In this document: positions 28,170 through 38,843 of the stretch, piece after piece | Position numbering within the stretch: the first letter of the stretch is position 1 | Layout of the letters: each line of letters opens with the position of its first letter | DNA from: Pseudomonadota bacterium | GTDB taxonomy: Bacteria; Bdellovibrionota; Bdellovibrionia; Bdellovibrionales; Bdellovibrionaceae | Direction: 5' to 3' | Length of the DNA stretch: 64,000 nt | Assembly (NCBI GenBank): GCA_041178425.1 | Contig: JBEGVH010000009.1 | Location: 96,001-160,000 of the forward strand | The notes under the pieces: generated by a model | What the model saw: the letters and a program-made list of their open reading frames with translations, nothing else | Told to the model about the DNA's origin: nothing | Databases searched by the model: none | Made by a program: the position numbers and the translations under genes

Positions 28170-29758
28170 ACTGTTCCTCTCTTGAAAAGGAATTCATTTT
28201 TCTTGCGGCTATCAGCGACCACTTGATCTGGTCTTTGATTGAGATCTGCTAATGGTTTTACAGTTTCTATACCATAAACAGAATCAACGGTAACCTCACC
28301 ACCAGAAAGCAATGCAACCGCCTGATCAAGGGTCAATGCTTCTGATACGATATTAGTAATTTTATTTACTTTTTGAACAAGACCATTATGGTTCATGTAA
28401 GAACCACTTCTCTCCACGAACGTCTTTGTTGGAATCACCCAACAATTTACAGCCGTTAGATCTTGAAGTTGAACTTTGCCCGCCGTGAGAATGATTAGAT
28501 TGATCACCTTTCCAAAGGCTTTCAATTTATCCATTAAATCGGGATATACGGATTGGCTCTCTGGAAGCGCAACAATAAGTGTTGCGACCAGACCCGCCTT
28601 AACCTCAGCCTCTAAAGTTTCAATGATCGTATCAATTTGATGTTTGGCGAAAATGGATTGAACACCCTTTGTATTAGGATTCTTATCTCCACGAATCAAC
28701 AAACCATCAAATTGGCCCCATTGCGCTTCATTGTTTTTCCAATGATAAATCTTTTTAGAGCTAAACTGGGTGGTGAATGTTGATACCAGCGAGTCAACCT
28801 CTTCCATAGACGCCTGACCCGTTATTAGCAAGGAAGCATTCTTTAAATGCCCCTCAAGAGCTTTGGCTGCGTCTTTTGCAGCTGCTCCTGCGGTCATTTC
28901 CTGCCAACCTTTGGCTGTTTTCTTTTGAGCCTTCAGTTGTCGATATTCTTTATTTATAAACTTATAAATTTCTCGACCCTCATCACACATCCAGTAACCG
29001 TTCACTTGTGGATTGTAACGAGGCTTAATACGGAAGAACCCTTCGTTATTAAAGTAGGCTTTTACATTACATCCCGTCGAACAACCCGTACAAATAGTTT
29101 CGCCATCTTTTAGATACCAAACCCTTTGCTTAAAGCGGAAATCCTTTGAAGTTAACGCTCCCACCGGACAAATATCAACAGTGTTCACCGAGTATTTGTT
29201 GTTCAGTGGACGATTTTCGAAGGTCCCGATTTCACTGTGATCACCACGATTGAAAATTGCCAATTCTTTGGTGCCTGTCACTTCGTCAGTGAAACGAACG
29301 CAACGAGAGCAAAGGATACATCGCTCAGAATCAAGAACAACTTTTTCGCCGAGATCGACCACTTTGTGTTTCTTGACCTTGCTTTCGGCCATTTGAGAAT
29401 CGTAGCTGCCGTATTCCATATACTGGTCTTGCAGCCCACATTCACCGGCTTGATCGCACACTGGACAATCGAGAGGATGGTTAATTAAATGAAAATCCAA
29501 ACCCCACTTCACAGCCTCTTTGACTTTATCAGAGGTGTTATTGATTTTCATGCCCTCTGAAACAGCCGTATTGCAGGCAATCTGCAAACGTGGATTACCT
29601 TCCACCTCAACCATACAAAGGCGACATACTCCCGCAACACTCAATCCAGGATGCCAGCAATAGTGGGCAATTTTTTGCCCATTGTCGGCCATCGCTTGAA
29701 TAATGGACGTGCCCTCTTTTACTTCGACTTCTTTTCCATTAATGGTGCATTTTGGCAT
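28166..29758 (-). CDS. nuoG: NADH-quinone oxidoreductase subunit G (short form)
   Basis: HYCWHPGLSVAGVCRLC, NHPLDCPVCDQAGEC, CILCSRCVRF, ICTGCSTGC. Confidence 0.95.
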   Translation of the reverse strand: MPKCTINGKEVEVKEGTSIIQAMADNGQKIAHYCWHPGLSVAGVCRLCMVEVEGNPRLQIACNTAVSEGMKINNTSDKVKEAVKWGLDFHLINHPLDCPVCDQAGECGLQDQYMEYGSYDSQMAESKVKKHKVVDLGEKVVLDSERCILCSRCVRFTDEVTGTKELAIFNRGDHSEIGTFENRPLNNKYSVNTVDICPVGALTSKDFRFKQRVWYLKDGETICTGCSTGCNVKAYFNNEGFFRIKPRYNPQVNGYWMCDEGREIYKFINKEYRQLKAQKKTAKGWQEMTAGAAAKDAAKALEGHLKNASLLITGQASMEEVDSLVSTFTTQFSSKKIYHWKNNEAQWGQFDGLLIRGDKNPNTKGVQSIFAKHQIDTIIETLEAEVKAGLVATLIVALPESQSVYPDLMDKLKAFGKVINLIILTAGKVQLQDLTAVNCWVIPTKTFVERSGSYMNHNGLVQKVNKITNIVSEALTLDQAVALLSGGEVTVDSVYGIETVKPLADLNQRPDQVVADSRKKNEFLFKRGTV

Positions 29759-31031
29759 AGGCTGTTCCCTTTACTTTCGAATGACCTTCACGAACATAAT
29801 ACTCAAACTCGTCGCGAAACTTAGTAACAAAACTTAGGACCGGTAAGGCTGCCGCATCTGAAAGGGCACAAATAGTTTTTCCCTTCATTTGATTGGCTAC
29901 CTTTTCTAAAAGTTCGATATCTTGAAGGCGACCACGACCCTCGAGAATAGAGTGAACGATCTTATTCAACCAACCGGTTCCCTCTCTGCACGGCGTACAC
30001 TGTCCACAACTTTCATGCGCATAGAAGTGAGTAAGAACACCGAGTAAGTCGACCATGCAATGGCTGTCATCAATAACAATGACAGCTCCCGAACCTAACA
30101 TAGAACCCAAACCAGCGAGGCTTTCATAATCTAGATTGGCTTTTTCAACTTCATCAGCCGTCAACACCGGCGCTGACGATCCACCTGGAATGACCGCTTT
30201 TAGTTTACGGCCAGGCTTGAAACCACCACCAAAGCCATAAATTAGATCCTTAAGTGGTAAACCAAGTGGAACTTCATAATTTCCAGGCTTAACGATGTTG
30301 CCACTCAAAGAAAATAGTTTTGTGCCTGGAGATTTTTCTGTTCCAAACTTTCGATAACCAGCAGCTCCATCACGAATGATTGGCACAACGGCCGCTAAGG
30401 TTTCTACGTTATTCACGATGGTTGGTTTTTTAAGATAACCTTGAACAGCAGGAAATGGGGGCTTCAATTTAGGTTGGCCTTTGTCGCCCTCTAATGAAGA
30501 AATCATTCCTGTCTCTTCTCCGCAAATATAGGCGCCCGCCCCCCAATAAACATCAAGATCAAAATCAAATCCGCTTCCGAGAATATTCTTACCTAGGAGG
30601 CCGGCTTGATAAGCTTCGCGAAGGGCCGCTTCCATATTGGCAGCGGGCTTTTTATATTCGCCTCGAATATAGATATAACCTTTATGAGATCCAATGGCGT
30701 AGGCCGAAATAATCATTCCCTCAATTAACTGATGAGGAGCCTGATCAAAAATAATCCGATCTTTACAAGTTCCGGGCTCTCCTTCGTCACCATTGCACAG
30801 AAGATAACGAGGCTCACCATTTTTAGGTAGGAACCCCCACTTCATTCCCGTTGGAAACCCAGCACCGCCACGCCCACGAAGACCTGAGGTCTTCACTTCG
30901 TCGATGATTTGCTGCGGTTGCATTCCAAATGCTTTTTTTAACACTTCGTAACCGCCATCAGCTTGGTAGCCCTTTAAGGTCCGAAACTCAGGCTTCGAAT
31001 AATGTTCTGTAAGAAGTTTTGTTTCGTTCAT
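29739..31031 (-). CDS. nuoF: NADH-quinone oxidoreductase subunit F
   Basis: GRGGAGFPTG, GAGAYICGEET, ESCGQCTPCREG. Confidence 0.97.
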   Translation of the reverse strand: MNETKLLTEHYSKPEFRTLKGYQADGGYEVLKKAFGMQPQQIIDEVKTSGLRGRGGAGFPTGMKWGFLPKNGEPRYLLCNGDEGEPGTCKDRIIFDQAPHQLIEGMIISAYAIGSHKGYIYIRGEYKKPAANMEAALREAYQAGLLGKNILGSGFDFDLDVYWGAGAYICGEETGMISSLEGDKGQPKLKPPFPAVQGYLKKPTIVNNVETLAAVVPIIRDGAAGYRKFGTEKSPGTKLFSLSGNIVKPGNYEVPLGLPLKDLIYGFGGGFKPGRKLKAVIPGGSSAPVLTADEVEKANLDYESLAGLGSMLGSGAVIVIDDSHCMVDLLGVLTHFYAHESCGQCTPCREGTGWLNKIVHSILEGRGRLQDIELLEKVANQMKGKTICALSDAAALPVLSFVTKFRDEFEYYVREGHSKVKGTAYAKMHH

Positions 31032-31504
31032 TATTTAAGACCTTTCAAAATCTCCACGGCTGTCGTTGGAGTTAAATTTTCGTAATAGTCTTCATTTACT
31101 TGCATCATTGGAGCCATAGCACAAGCGCCAAGGCATTCAACGCTAGAAACACAATATTTTCCGTCGAGGGAGATATCGTTCATTTTACATCCCAAAGCAT
31201 TCAAAACATGATCGGTAAGCTCACGGCTCCCATTTAAAACGCAAGAAATGTTGTTACAGATCTGAACGTGGTATTTACCCACGGGTTTCTGGTTGAACAT
31301 GGTATAAAATTTAAATACCTCATTGATGCGAGAAACCGGCAGTTCCATTACCTTTGAAAGATAATCAATCATTTCATCGGTAACAAATCCGCCATTCTCA
31401 CTCTGTGCAATAAAGAGCGCCGGTATGATTGCTGACTGACGGCTTTCATAACGATTGAGCTCTATTTGAATTTTTTTAAGACCTTCTTCTGATAACTGAA
31501 ACAT
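31031..31504 (-). CDS. nuoE: NADH-quinone oxidoreductase subunit E
   Basis: FYTMF, CNNISC, ECLGACAMAP. Confidence 0.96.
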   Translation of the reverse strand: MFQLSEEGLKKIQIELNRYESRQSAIIPALFIAQSENGGFVTDEMIDYLSKVMELPVSRINEVFKFYTMFNQKPVGKYHVQICNNISCVLNGSRELTDHVLNALGCKMNDISLDGKYCVSSVECLGACAMAPMMQVNEDYYENLTPTTAVEILKGLK

Positions 31505-31529
31505 GAGTCCCTCTCTTCGATGGCCAATA

Positions 31530-33218
31530 TTAGCGGTCTAGCTCACCGGCAATAACGTTCATACTTGCTACTGTTGCAACGGCATCCGCAATCAAACTGC
31601 CCTTCACCACCTCTGGAAAAGACTGGTAAATTGCAAAACAAGGAGGACGAACTTTTAAACGATAAGGGTTCGCGGATCCATCCGAAATAAGGTAAAACCC
31701 CAGCTCTCCATTTGCCGCTTCCGTCGCATCGTAAACTTCGCCGACTGGTGGTCGAATACCCTTAATAATTAACATGAAGTGGTTCATGAGCCCTTCGATG
31801 TTTCCATAAACATCTCGCTTTTCAGGAAGAACGATGTGCTTATCACGGATCGTATAGTCGCCCCCCGGCATATTTTTAATAACTTGTTCAATAATTCGAA
31901 GCGACTGACGCATTTCTTCGATACGAACTAGGTAGCGATCAAAAATGTCACCATTCGCTCCAATAGGAATATCGAAATCAAGTTGGTCGTATCCGTAATA
32001 GGGTTGAGCTTTTCTTAAATCGAGTGCCACACCCGAGGCTCTTAAAAGTGGCCCAGTATATCCCCACTCGATCGCATTTTCAGCCGACACAGGTCCCACG
32101 CCTTCCGTTCTCTTACGAAAGATCTTATTACCAATCATGAGTTTGTCGATCTCATCAATCTCTGCACTCATACGCTTACAAAATGCAAGGACCTCATCAA
32201 ACCATCCCGCCGGGGCATCTTGCGCCATTCCCCCAACGCGAGTCAGTGCAACCGTCAAACGAGCACCACACAGTCTTTCAAAAAGCGTGTAGGCTTCTTC
32301 ACGGTAGGTGAACAAGTGAAAGAAGCTCGTCAAAGCGCCAAGATCGACACCACCGGTTCCGACCGCAATGATATGGTCGATGACCCGAGAAATCTCGCAA
32401 AGAACAATACGCATAGCCTGCGCACGAGCCGGAATCTCAACTCCAAGAAGACGTTCTACGGCTTTACAGTATCCAACGTTATTCATAGGCGCTGAACAGT
32501 AGTTCAAACGATCTGTATAAGGAATTACCTGATTATAAGGATGAGTTTCTGCCATCTTTTCGAAGCAGCGGTGAAGAAAGCCAATATCGACGCCCGCTCG
32601 AACGATGGTTTCACCATCGAGTTCTGCCATCACACGAAGGGTACCGTGCATCGCTGGATGTGAGGGACCAATGTTGATCGGCACCAAATTCTCATTCAAA
32701 ATGGAACCATCTTGACCCTTTACATTATCAAAATGAATGGGAAGCACCTCGGTGGCATGCTGCTGATGATCTGCTTCGTAATCTTTACGAAGCGGGTGCC
32801 CCTTAAATTGATGGTGAGTTAAAATTCGACGAAGATTAGGATGCCCTTCAAAAACAATCCCAAACATATCGTAGGCTTCTCGTTCGAACCAATCAGCACC
32901 TTTCCAAATTCCAGTCGCTGTTTGCAAGGTTTCACCCTCACCCACCATCACCTTTATTCGAAGACGAGTATTATCTTTGGAAGAAAATAAATGATAGACC
33001 ACATCAAAGCGTTTTTCTCGCGCAGGATAGTCGACCCCACAAATATCCATTAAGAAGTCGAAATGCTCTTTCAACTTTAAAATTCTCAATCCCGATACGA
33101 TATTATCTTTGGAGAGAAGAAGAACATGATCTCCCACTGCCTCGAAAAATTGAGCTTCAGGAAAACGATTTAAATCATTTTTGATTGCTTGAATTTTTGA
33201 CTTCATCAAATCACTCAT
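31530..33218 (-). CDS. nuoCD: fused NADH-quinone oxidoreductase subunits C/D
   Basis: NuoC ([19 protein letters not shown]) is in frame with NuoD ([14 protein letters not shown]). ATG 33218 overlaps the nuoB stop. Confidence 0.96.
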   Translation of the reverse strand: MSDLMKSKIQAIKNDLNRFPEAQFFEAVGDHVLLLSKDNIVSGLRILKLKEHFDFLMDICGVDYPAREKRFDVVYHLFSSKDNTRLRIKVMVGEGETLQTATGIWKGADWFEREAYDMFGIVFEGHPNLRRILTHHQFKGHPLRKDYEADHQQHATEVLPIHFDNVKGQDGSILNENLVPINIGPSHPAMHGTLRVMAELDGETIVRAGVDIGFLHRCFEKMAETHPYNQVIPYTDRLNYCSAPMNNVGYCKAVERLLGVEIPARAQAMRIVLCEISRVIDHIIAVGTGGVDLGALTSFFHLFTYREEAYTLFERLCGARLTVALTRVGGMAQDAPAGWFDEVLAFCKRMSAEIDEIDKLMIGNKIFRKRTEGVGPVSAENAIEWGYTGPLLRASGVALDLRKAQPYYGYDQLDFDIPIGANGDIFDRYLVRIEEMRQSLRIIEQVIKNMPGGDYTIRDKHIVLPEKRDVYGNIEGLMNHFMLIIKGIRPPVGEVYDATEAANGELGFYLISDGSANPYRLKVRPPCFAIYQSFPEVVKGSLIADAVATVASMNVIAGELDR

Positions 33219-33772
33219 TTTTCTACCATTCCCTCTGGCGCATTCCACTGATCTTTCCATGGACGCGGATGTTTATCGGTAATCATTTTTTGCAAAGCCA
33301 TAACCCCATCAAGAACAGCTTCTGGAGTCGGAGGACAACCCGGAACATAAATATCCACTGGAATAACTTTATCGCATCCTTGGAGAACGTGATAAGCACG
33401 ATAAAAGCCACCAGAACTTGCGCATGCACCCATCGCGATAACATATTTGGGCTCTAGCATTTGTTGATAAATCCGGACGAGAACAGGGGCCATTTTTTCC
33501 GTAATGGTACCCGCAACCAACAAGAGATCGGCCTGTCGTGGAGAAAAACGAACAACCTCCGCACCAAAGCGAGCAAGGTCATACTTGGGTCCCATGACTG
33601 ACATCAATTCAATACCGCAACAAGCAGTACCGTATGGGAGTGGCCAAAGAGCGTTTTTTCTTCCCCAAGCGACGATATCTTCAAGCCGTGTGGTAAGGGC
33701 GAAAGATCGAGACAGATCTTCAGCCGATTGATCTCCTACAAAGTGAGAACCTTCTGATTGAGTTTGCTGCAT
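33215..33772 (-). CDS. nuoB: NADH-quinone oxidoreductase subunit B
   Basis: [30 protein letters not shown]. Confidence 0.97.
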   Translation of the reverse strand: MQQTQSEGSHFVGDQSAEDLSRSFALTTRLEDIVAWGRKNALWPLPYGTACCGIELMSVMGPKYDLARFGAEVVRFSPRQADLLLVAGTITEKMAPVLVRIYQQMLEPKYVIAMGACASSGGFYRAYHVLQGCDKVIPVDIYVPGCPPTPEAVLDGVMALQKMITDKHPRPWKDQWNAPEGMVEK

Positions 33773-33901
33773 ATTCTCCTCAAACTAAGTAACTTTTGTT
33801 TACTTAAATCTTTATCTAAATATCTTTAAAGCCATTTTTGCATTTCATCACTATTTACAGTAACCCTTAAATCTTACCCAAACCCTCAAGAAGGTCTACT
33901 C

Positions 33902-33921
33902 GCGTCGAAAATTTTAGACGC
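33902..33921. promoter_or_regulatory. near-perfect 20-bp palindrome, candidate operator
   Basis: GCGTCGAAAATTTTAGACGC (one mismatched pair) in the divergent nuoB/protease intergenic region. Confidence 0.4.
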
Positions 33922-34136
33922 AAGGCATAGTCATGGAATTTTTGGCCAAAGTATCAATTGATTTTTAGCTTGTCATGAACTTAACCGCCTTTAGAAACAA
34001 GGTGTTATAAATTCAACTAATCAACATCTCTTAGATTTTTTTATTTGAAACTACCCCAGTTTCAACCCACACTTCTGCATTAAACGGGTGTTTTCGAATG
34101 AGGGATTTGAAAGCACTCCCAGAGGAGGGAATCAGA

Positions 34137-35612
34137 ATGAACAAAAGGATTTTGGGTGCCATCACCCTAGCGGCTTTTATTGCGTCTGCCGCAAACGCAG
34201 GAACTAAAGAATATCTTGTGAAACTTGCCCCTGGTGCTGTTGAGAACTTCAGCATCATGCAAACGCTTGCTCAGCAAGCAGGCAAAACTGAAGTGATTGC
34301 TAATGATTGGGTGAAAATCACCGATACCAAAGGCACATTGGACATCAATGTCTTGTCTAGAAATAACGGTTGGGTTGAGTATGTACAACCTAACTATCGC
34401 ATTAAACTCATTGAAAACTATCGAACTAATGATCGCGCCCTTTTAAATAAAGTAGCTGCCCTAATGGCGACAGCTCCCGAGGCCGATAAAAAGAAAGACA
34501 ACCCTAACTTTCCACCAACCCCACAACCATCAAGAGGGGATGATCCTCTCTTTAATAAGCAATGGGGAATGATCGACAACCATGTTAAGGAAGCTTGGAA
34601 ATCTAATCTTCTTGCTCCCGAAAAACAACGTCAGATGATTGTTGCCGTTATTGATACAGGCGTTGATTACACTCATGAGGATCTTCTACCCAATATGTGG
34701 AGAAACCCTGGCGAAACAGGAACAGATGCTCAAGGTCGCAGCAAAGAAACCAATGGAGTTGATGATGACAATAATGGATTCATCGATGACGTTGTAGGCT
34801 GGGATTTTGCGGCCAACGACAATAAACCCTACGACCTTGCTGTGGATCCAATGCAACTTCTTATGGGCGGCGGAAATCCAGGTCACGGAACCCACTGCGC
34901 TGGAAACGTTGGCGCTGCTGCTGACAATGGTAAAGGCATCGTTGGGGTTGCTCCTAACGTAAAAATTATGGCGCTTCGATTTCTCACCGAAAAAGGTGGT
35001 GGAACTACAGCGGATGCGATTAAGTCGATTAAGTATGCGGTTGATAACGGGGCTATGATCACGTCGAATTCTTGGGGTTCTGAGGGCGAAGACCCACAGG
35101 CGGGCGAAGAAAACAAAGCCCTTCGCGACATGATCCAGTACGCTGAAAACAAGGGAACTCTCTTTATTGCAGCGGCAGGTAACGGTCACCAAGGCGTTGG
35201 CTACGACAACGATAGCGATGCAAAACCAGCTTATCCAGCTAGTTACGACCATGAATCAATCATTAGCGTTGCAGCTATTGATAACCAAGATCAATTGGGC
35301 GGTTTCTCCAACTGGGGTCTACGCACAGTCGATATTGGCGCACCCGGTGTAAAAGTATTTTCGACAACGGTTGGAAACAACTACTCTGATACCGTTATTG
35401 ATTTAATGGGGTTTACTGCCTACTGGGATGGGACTTCAATGGCAACACCTCACGTTGCTGGAGCGGCCGCTCTTTACTGGTCTTCTCACCCTGAAAAAGA
35501 TTGGAGACAAGTAAAGGCAGCCATTTACCAAAGCGTTAAAAAAGTTCCGGCTCTTTCGAATAAGGTTTCTACAGGTGGAAAACTTGATGTTTTAAACTTA
35601 ATACGCCAGTAA
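34137..35612 (+). CDS. S8 subtilisin-family serine protease, secreted
   Basis: Signal peptide and prodomain; VAVIDTG (Asp), HGTHCAG (His), GTSMATPHVAG (Ser). GAGGAGGG RBS before ATG 34137. Confidence 0.96.
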   Translation: MNKRILGAITLAAFIASAANAGTKEYLVKLAPGAVENFSIMQTLAQQAGKTEVIANDWVKITDTKGTLDINVLSRNNGWVEYVQPNYRIKLIENYRTNDRALLNKVAALMATAPEADKKKDNPNFPPTPQPSRGDDPLFNKQWGMIDNHVKEAWKSNLLAPEKQRQMIVAVIDTGVDYTHEDLLPNMWRNPGETGTDAQGRSKETNGVDDDNNGFIDDVVGWDFAANDNKPYDLAVDPMQLLMGGGNPGHGTHCAGNVGAAADNGKGIVGVAPNVKIMALRFLTEKGGGTTADAIKSIKYAVDNGAMITSNSWGSEGEDPQAGEENKALRDMIQYAENKGTLFIAAAGNGHQGVGYDNDSDAKPAYPASYDHESIISVAAIDNQDQLGGFSNWGLRTVDIGAPGVKVFSTTVGNNYSDTVIDLMGFTAYWDGTSMATPHVAGAAALYWSSHPEKDWRQVKAAIYQSVKKVPALSNKVSTGGKLDVLNLIRQ

Positions 35613-35633
35613 CAATCGCCATTATATTAATAC

Positions 35634-35672
35634 AAAAAAAAAGGGGCGCCCTCGATGGGGCGTCCTTTTTTT
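35634..35672 (+). terminator. Rho-independent terminator
   Basis: A-run, GGGGCGCCC-tcgatg-GGGCGTCC, T7. Confidence 0.85.
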
Positions 35673-35740
35673 ATGCCCTAAATGACTTTTAAGAACTCGT
35701 TTCAGTTGCCATTTCAGACAATTAAACAAACAATGTTTGA

Positions 35741-36655
35741 ATGAAGGCTATTAATCTCTATCAAACTCTCGGATCCCAAAGAAGCCTCTGGCTCCTATCC
35801 ACCCTAAACGTGTTGATGATCGCCGTTGTGATCTCCTTACAGATTTCGTGCAGCAATTCGCGCGGCGGGCGAAATCCCACCGCAAATTCTACCGGCCTCG
35901 TTGAAAAGAAAGATCTCATTCAGAGAGTGACTATTGCTGGGTTCATTGAACCGCTCCGCACCACCACCATCGCCGCTCCTTACACTGGCTATATTAAAAA
36001 GCTTTATATTAATGTTGGAGACCCAGTTAAAGTTGGCACTTCACTCGTTAGTGTGACTCAGTCACTCTTAGGAACTCAAGAAGTCTATCCCATGCGATCA
36101 CCAATAAATGGTATCATCGTTCAGATCAATAAGTCCGAGGGTGAGTTTGTTAGAGACGGTGACATTAAAGATTTCATTCTCCGAATTGACGACCCCAGTC
36201 AGTACATTATCAAAGCCCAAACGCCAGAAATCGATCGCATCAAATTGAGAGTTGGGCAAAACGCCATCATAAAGGTGAATGCCATTAACGGTAAAACCTA
36301 TAAAGGAGTTATTCGATCTATCGCTCAAGCGCCCTCTGTTAAAGATAGCCGTAATTCTTCGACCGTCGAATACAGTACGATCGTTGATATCCTCGACGCC
36401 GATGAGCTGATCCGCACTGGAATGAGTACTCTCATCGATTTAATCGTAGAGAAAAAAGAAAAGGCTCTGACTCTTCGACACGAATTCATTCAACGAGATA
36501 AAAATGGTTTTTTTGTCACTAAAGCTAATGGCGACCGACAAAATATTACCGTTGGCATTCAAAATGAAGAGGCCTTTGAGATTCTCTCTGGACTCAATGA
36601 GGGCGACTCAGTCAAGGCCGTTGATTTTAGCTTATGGTCGGGAGGGCGCGACTAA
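35741..36655 (+). CDS. efflux transporter periplasmic adaptor (MacA-like)
   Basis: IAAPYTGYIKKLYINVGDPV and RSPINGII lipoyl-like halves, EIDRIKLRVGQ, GLNEGD. Start uncertain. Confidence 0.85.
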   Translation: MKAINLYQTLGSQRSLWLLSTLNVLMIAVVISLQISCSNSRGGRNPTANSTGLVEKKDLIQRVTIAGFIEPLRTTTIAAPYTGYIKKLYINVGDPVKVGTSLVSVTQSLLGTQEVYPMRSPINGIIVQINKSEGEFVRDGDIKDFILRIDDPSQYIIKAQTPEIDRIKLRVGQNAIIKVNAINGKTYKGVIRSIAQAPSVKDSRNSSTVEYSTIVDILDADELIRTGMSTLIDLIVEKKEKALTLRHEFIQRDKNGFFVTKANGDRQNITVGIQNEEAFEILSGLNEGDSVKAVDFSLWSGGRD

Positions 36656-38724
36656 TGCCGCTTTTGGAGATTGAAAACCTCTCTTTCTCCTATCGCTCGG
36701 TCACGTTAAATGAGGAGCCTTCTCAGCGGGCCTCCTCACAGACGATTTTAAAAAACATTAATCTACAAGTTAAACAAGGGGAGCTCATTGCTATTCAGGG
36801 CCCCTCTGGAAGTGGGAAATCAACACTCCTTGCTTTGCTTGCGGGCTTCTTGCAGTTGCAATCCGGGGATATTCGGCTCAACAAGCAATCCTTCTCTTCA
36901 CTTGATGACAATCAAATGTCTCGCCTAAGAAACCAGAATATTGGGTATGTGTTTCAACAGTTTCATTTGCTCCCAAAGCTCACTGTTGTTGAAAATATTT
37001 TACTACCTGGGCAATACAATTCTGAAGCTTCACCGATAGAACTCAGACAGCGAGCTCTCTCTCTCGCCCAGTATCTTGGGCTCGAACACCGCTTAGACCA
37101 TCACCCAAACCAGCTATCTGGGGGACAGCAACAAAGAGTTGCAATTGCTAGAGCACTTCTCCATGATCCAGACCTCATTCTTGCCGATGAACCAACAGGT
37201 AATCTCGACTCAAAGTCCGCAGAAAATATCATGGAACTTCTTATTGATCTCAATAAGAAGGGAAAAACAATTCTCATTATCACTCACTCAGACGACATTG
37301 CCCAGCGCTGCGGGAGAATTATCCAAATCAAGGATGGGCAAATAACTGACTCCGAAATTGATCATTCCCTCAGACCTACCCCCCAACATCAAAGCCACCA
37401 AGAAGGCACAGAAAAGAACGACCAATCACAGCACCTGGAAAATCTAAGGAAAGAAATACGAACTCTTTTTTCCCCCGCAATTGTTCGTCAATCGTATCAT
37501 GATTTGATCCAAAACAAAATGCGTTCATTTCTCACGATGATTGGTATTATTGTTGGTGTGGCATCCGTACTGTCTATGATCACCCTCGGTCACTTTATTA
37601 AAGAAAAGGTTCTTGAATCTTATGCCGCTATGGGAATCAACACGGTCATGTTCATGGGTCATCCCAACTGGAATGTCAAAGCCTCGGATTCCACCGGAGT
37701 TTACTTTAAATCCTTTCATTGGGAGAACGACATTCTACCTCTTGCTAAAATATTTCCCGACATAGATAGCATGACCCCCATCATTCAAAGCTATCGGGCC
37801 ACACTCTCTTACGGCGGACGCACTATCGACACCGATGCCCGCCCCGTCGGTGTCAATGAAAAGGCCTTTCTCATTTCAGATCGCAAACTAAAAATGGGTC
37901 GAGGACTCAGCCCCTTTCATGTTGAAAATCGAAATGCAGTTTGTGTGATTGGAGCCGAGGTTGCCGAGAAATTATTTTTTCCTCACTCACCGATCGGACA
38001 AATTCTAAATGTTCAAGGCAACAGCACAAGTTACGGATGCCAGGTGATCGGAGTCTTGGAGTCAATTTCAAGCAATAAGGGCTGGAGCAATCCTAATTTG
38101 GAGGTTTACCTCCCCTACACTCTTTTTCAAACTCTTGCCGAAAATCCTTGGGAGGCAGAGATCAACCGCGTTCTCATTAAACTAAGAGAGGGTGCTGAAA
38201 TCTCACAAGTGGGTAAAAGCATACAGGGCTATTTTAACCTTCGCTATGGTAAAAGTGGTCGGTTTCGCGTTCATAACGATAGTGTGATGATTGCCCAACT
38301 TCAAAAATTTCTTTCTCTCTTCACTATCGCTCTTGGTGCCATCGCAATGATTTGTCTTCTTGTTGGAGGCGTTGGAATCACTAATATGATGCTAGCCTCA
38401 ATTGCTGAACGATTTCGCGAAATCGGACTAAGAAAAGCCCTCGGCGCTACTCACGAACGAATCCGTCAACATATTCTAATGGAATCGATTCTCCTCTGTG
38501 GAGGAGCCGGAGTTATTGGCCTTTTGATTGGATTTGCTTTTTGCCAATTGGTTGTTTTTATCACGGCACAGTTTGCGAGCAATATTACCTTTCAATGGCG
38601 CTTGGATCTTTGGGCTTTTGTCACTTCGTTTATTTCCATTTGTGTGGTTGGAGTCCTTAGCGGACTCGCTCCGGCCCTTCGTGCGCAAAAGCTTCAGATT
38701 CTAGAGGCACTCAGAGCCGATTAG
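36655..38724 (+). CDS. MacB-type ABC transporter (ATPase + FtsX-like permease)
   Basis: GPSGSGKST, LSGGQQQRVAIARAL, LADEPTGNLD, RSFLTMIGI, ERFREIGLRKALGA. TAATG coupling to the adaptor gene. Confidence 0.93.
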   Translation: MPLLEIENLSFSYRSVTLNEEPSQRASSQTILKNINLQVKQGELIAIQGPSGSGKSTLLALLAGFLQLQSGDIRLNKQSFSSLDDNQMSRLRNQNIGYVFQQFHLLPKLTVVENILLPGQYNSEASPIELRQRALSLAQYLGLEHRLDHHPNQLSGGQQQRVAIARALLHDPDLILADEPTGNLDSKSAENIMELLIDLNKKGKTILIITHSDDIAQRCGRIIQIKDGQITDSEIDHSLRPTPQHQSHQEGTEKNDQSQHLENLRKEIRTLFSPAIVRQSYHDLIQNKMRSFLTMIGIIVGVASVLSMITLGHFIKEKVLESYAAMGINTVMFMGHPNWNVKASDSTGVYFKSFHWENDILPLAKIFPDIDSMTPIIQSYRATLSYGGRTIDTDARPVGVNEKAFLISDRKLKMGRGLSPFHVENRNAVCVIGAEVAEKLFFPHSPIGQILNVQGNSTSYGCQVIGVLESISSNKGWSNPNLEVYLPYTLFQTLAENPWEAEINRVLIKLREGAEISQVGKSIQGYFNLRYGKSGRFRVHNDSVMIAQLQKFLSLFTIALGAIAMICLLVGGVGITNMMLASIAERFREIGLRKALGATHERIRQHILMESILLCGGAGVIGLLIGFAFCQLVVFITAQFASNITFQWRLDLWAFVTSFISICVVGVLSGLAPALRAQKLQILEALRAD

Positions 38725-38843
38725 AAAGGGGCTAGAATTTAAATCGGCGTTATTTCTCCCAAAAGAGACACCGTCCAAAGTCTAGAGTCATGATTTCTGC
38801 GACCTAAGTCCTATCTAGATTTTTCACACCTCGACCGAAAAGA

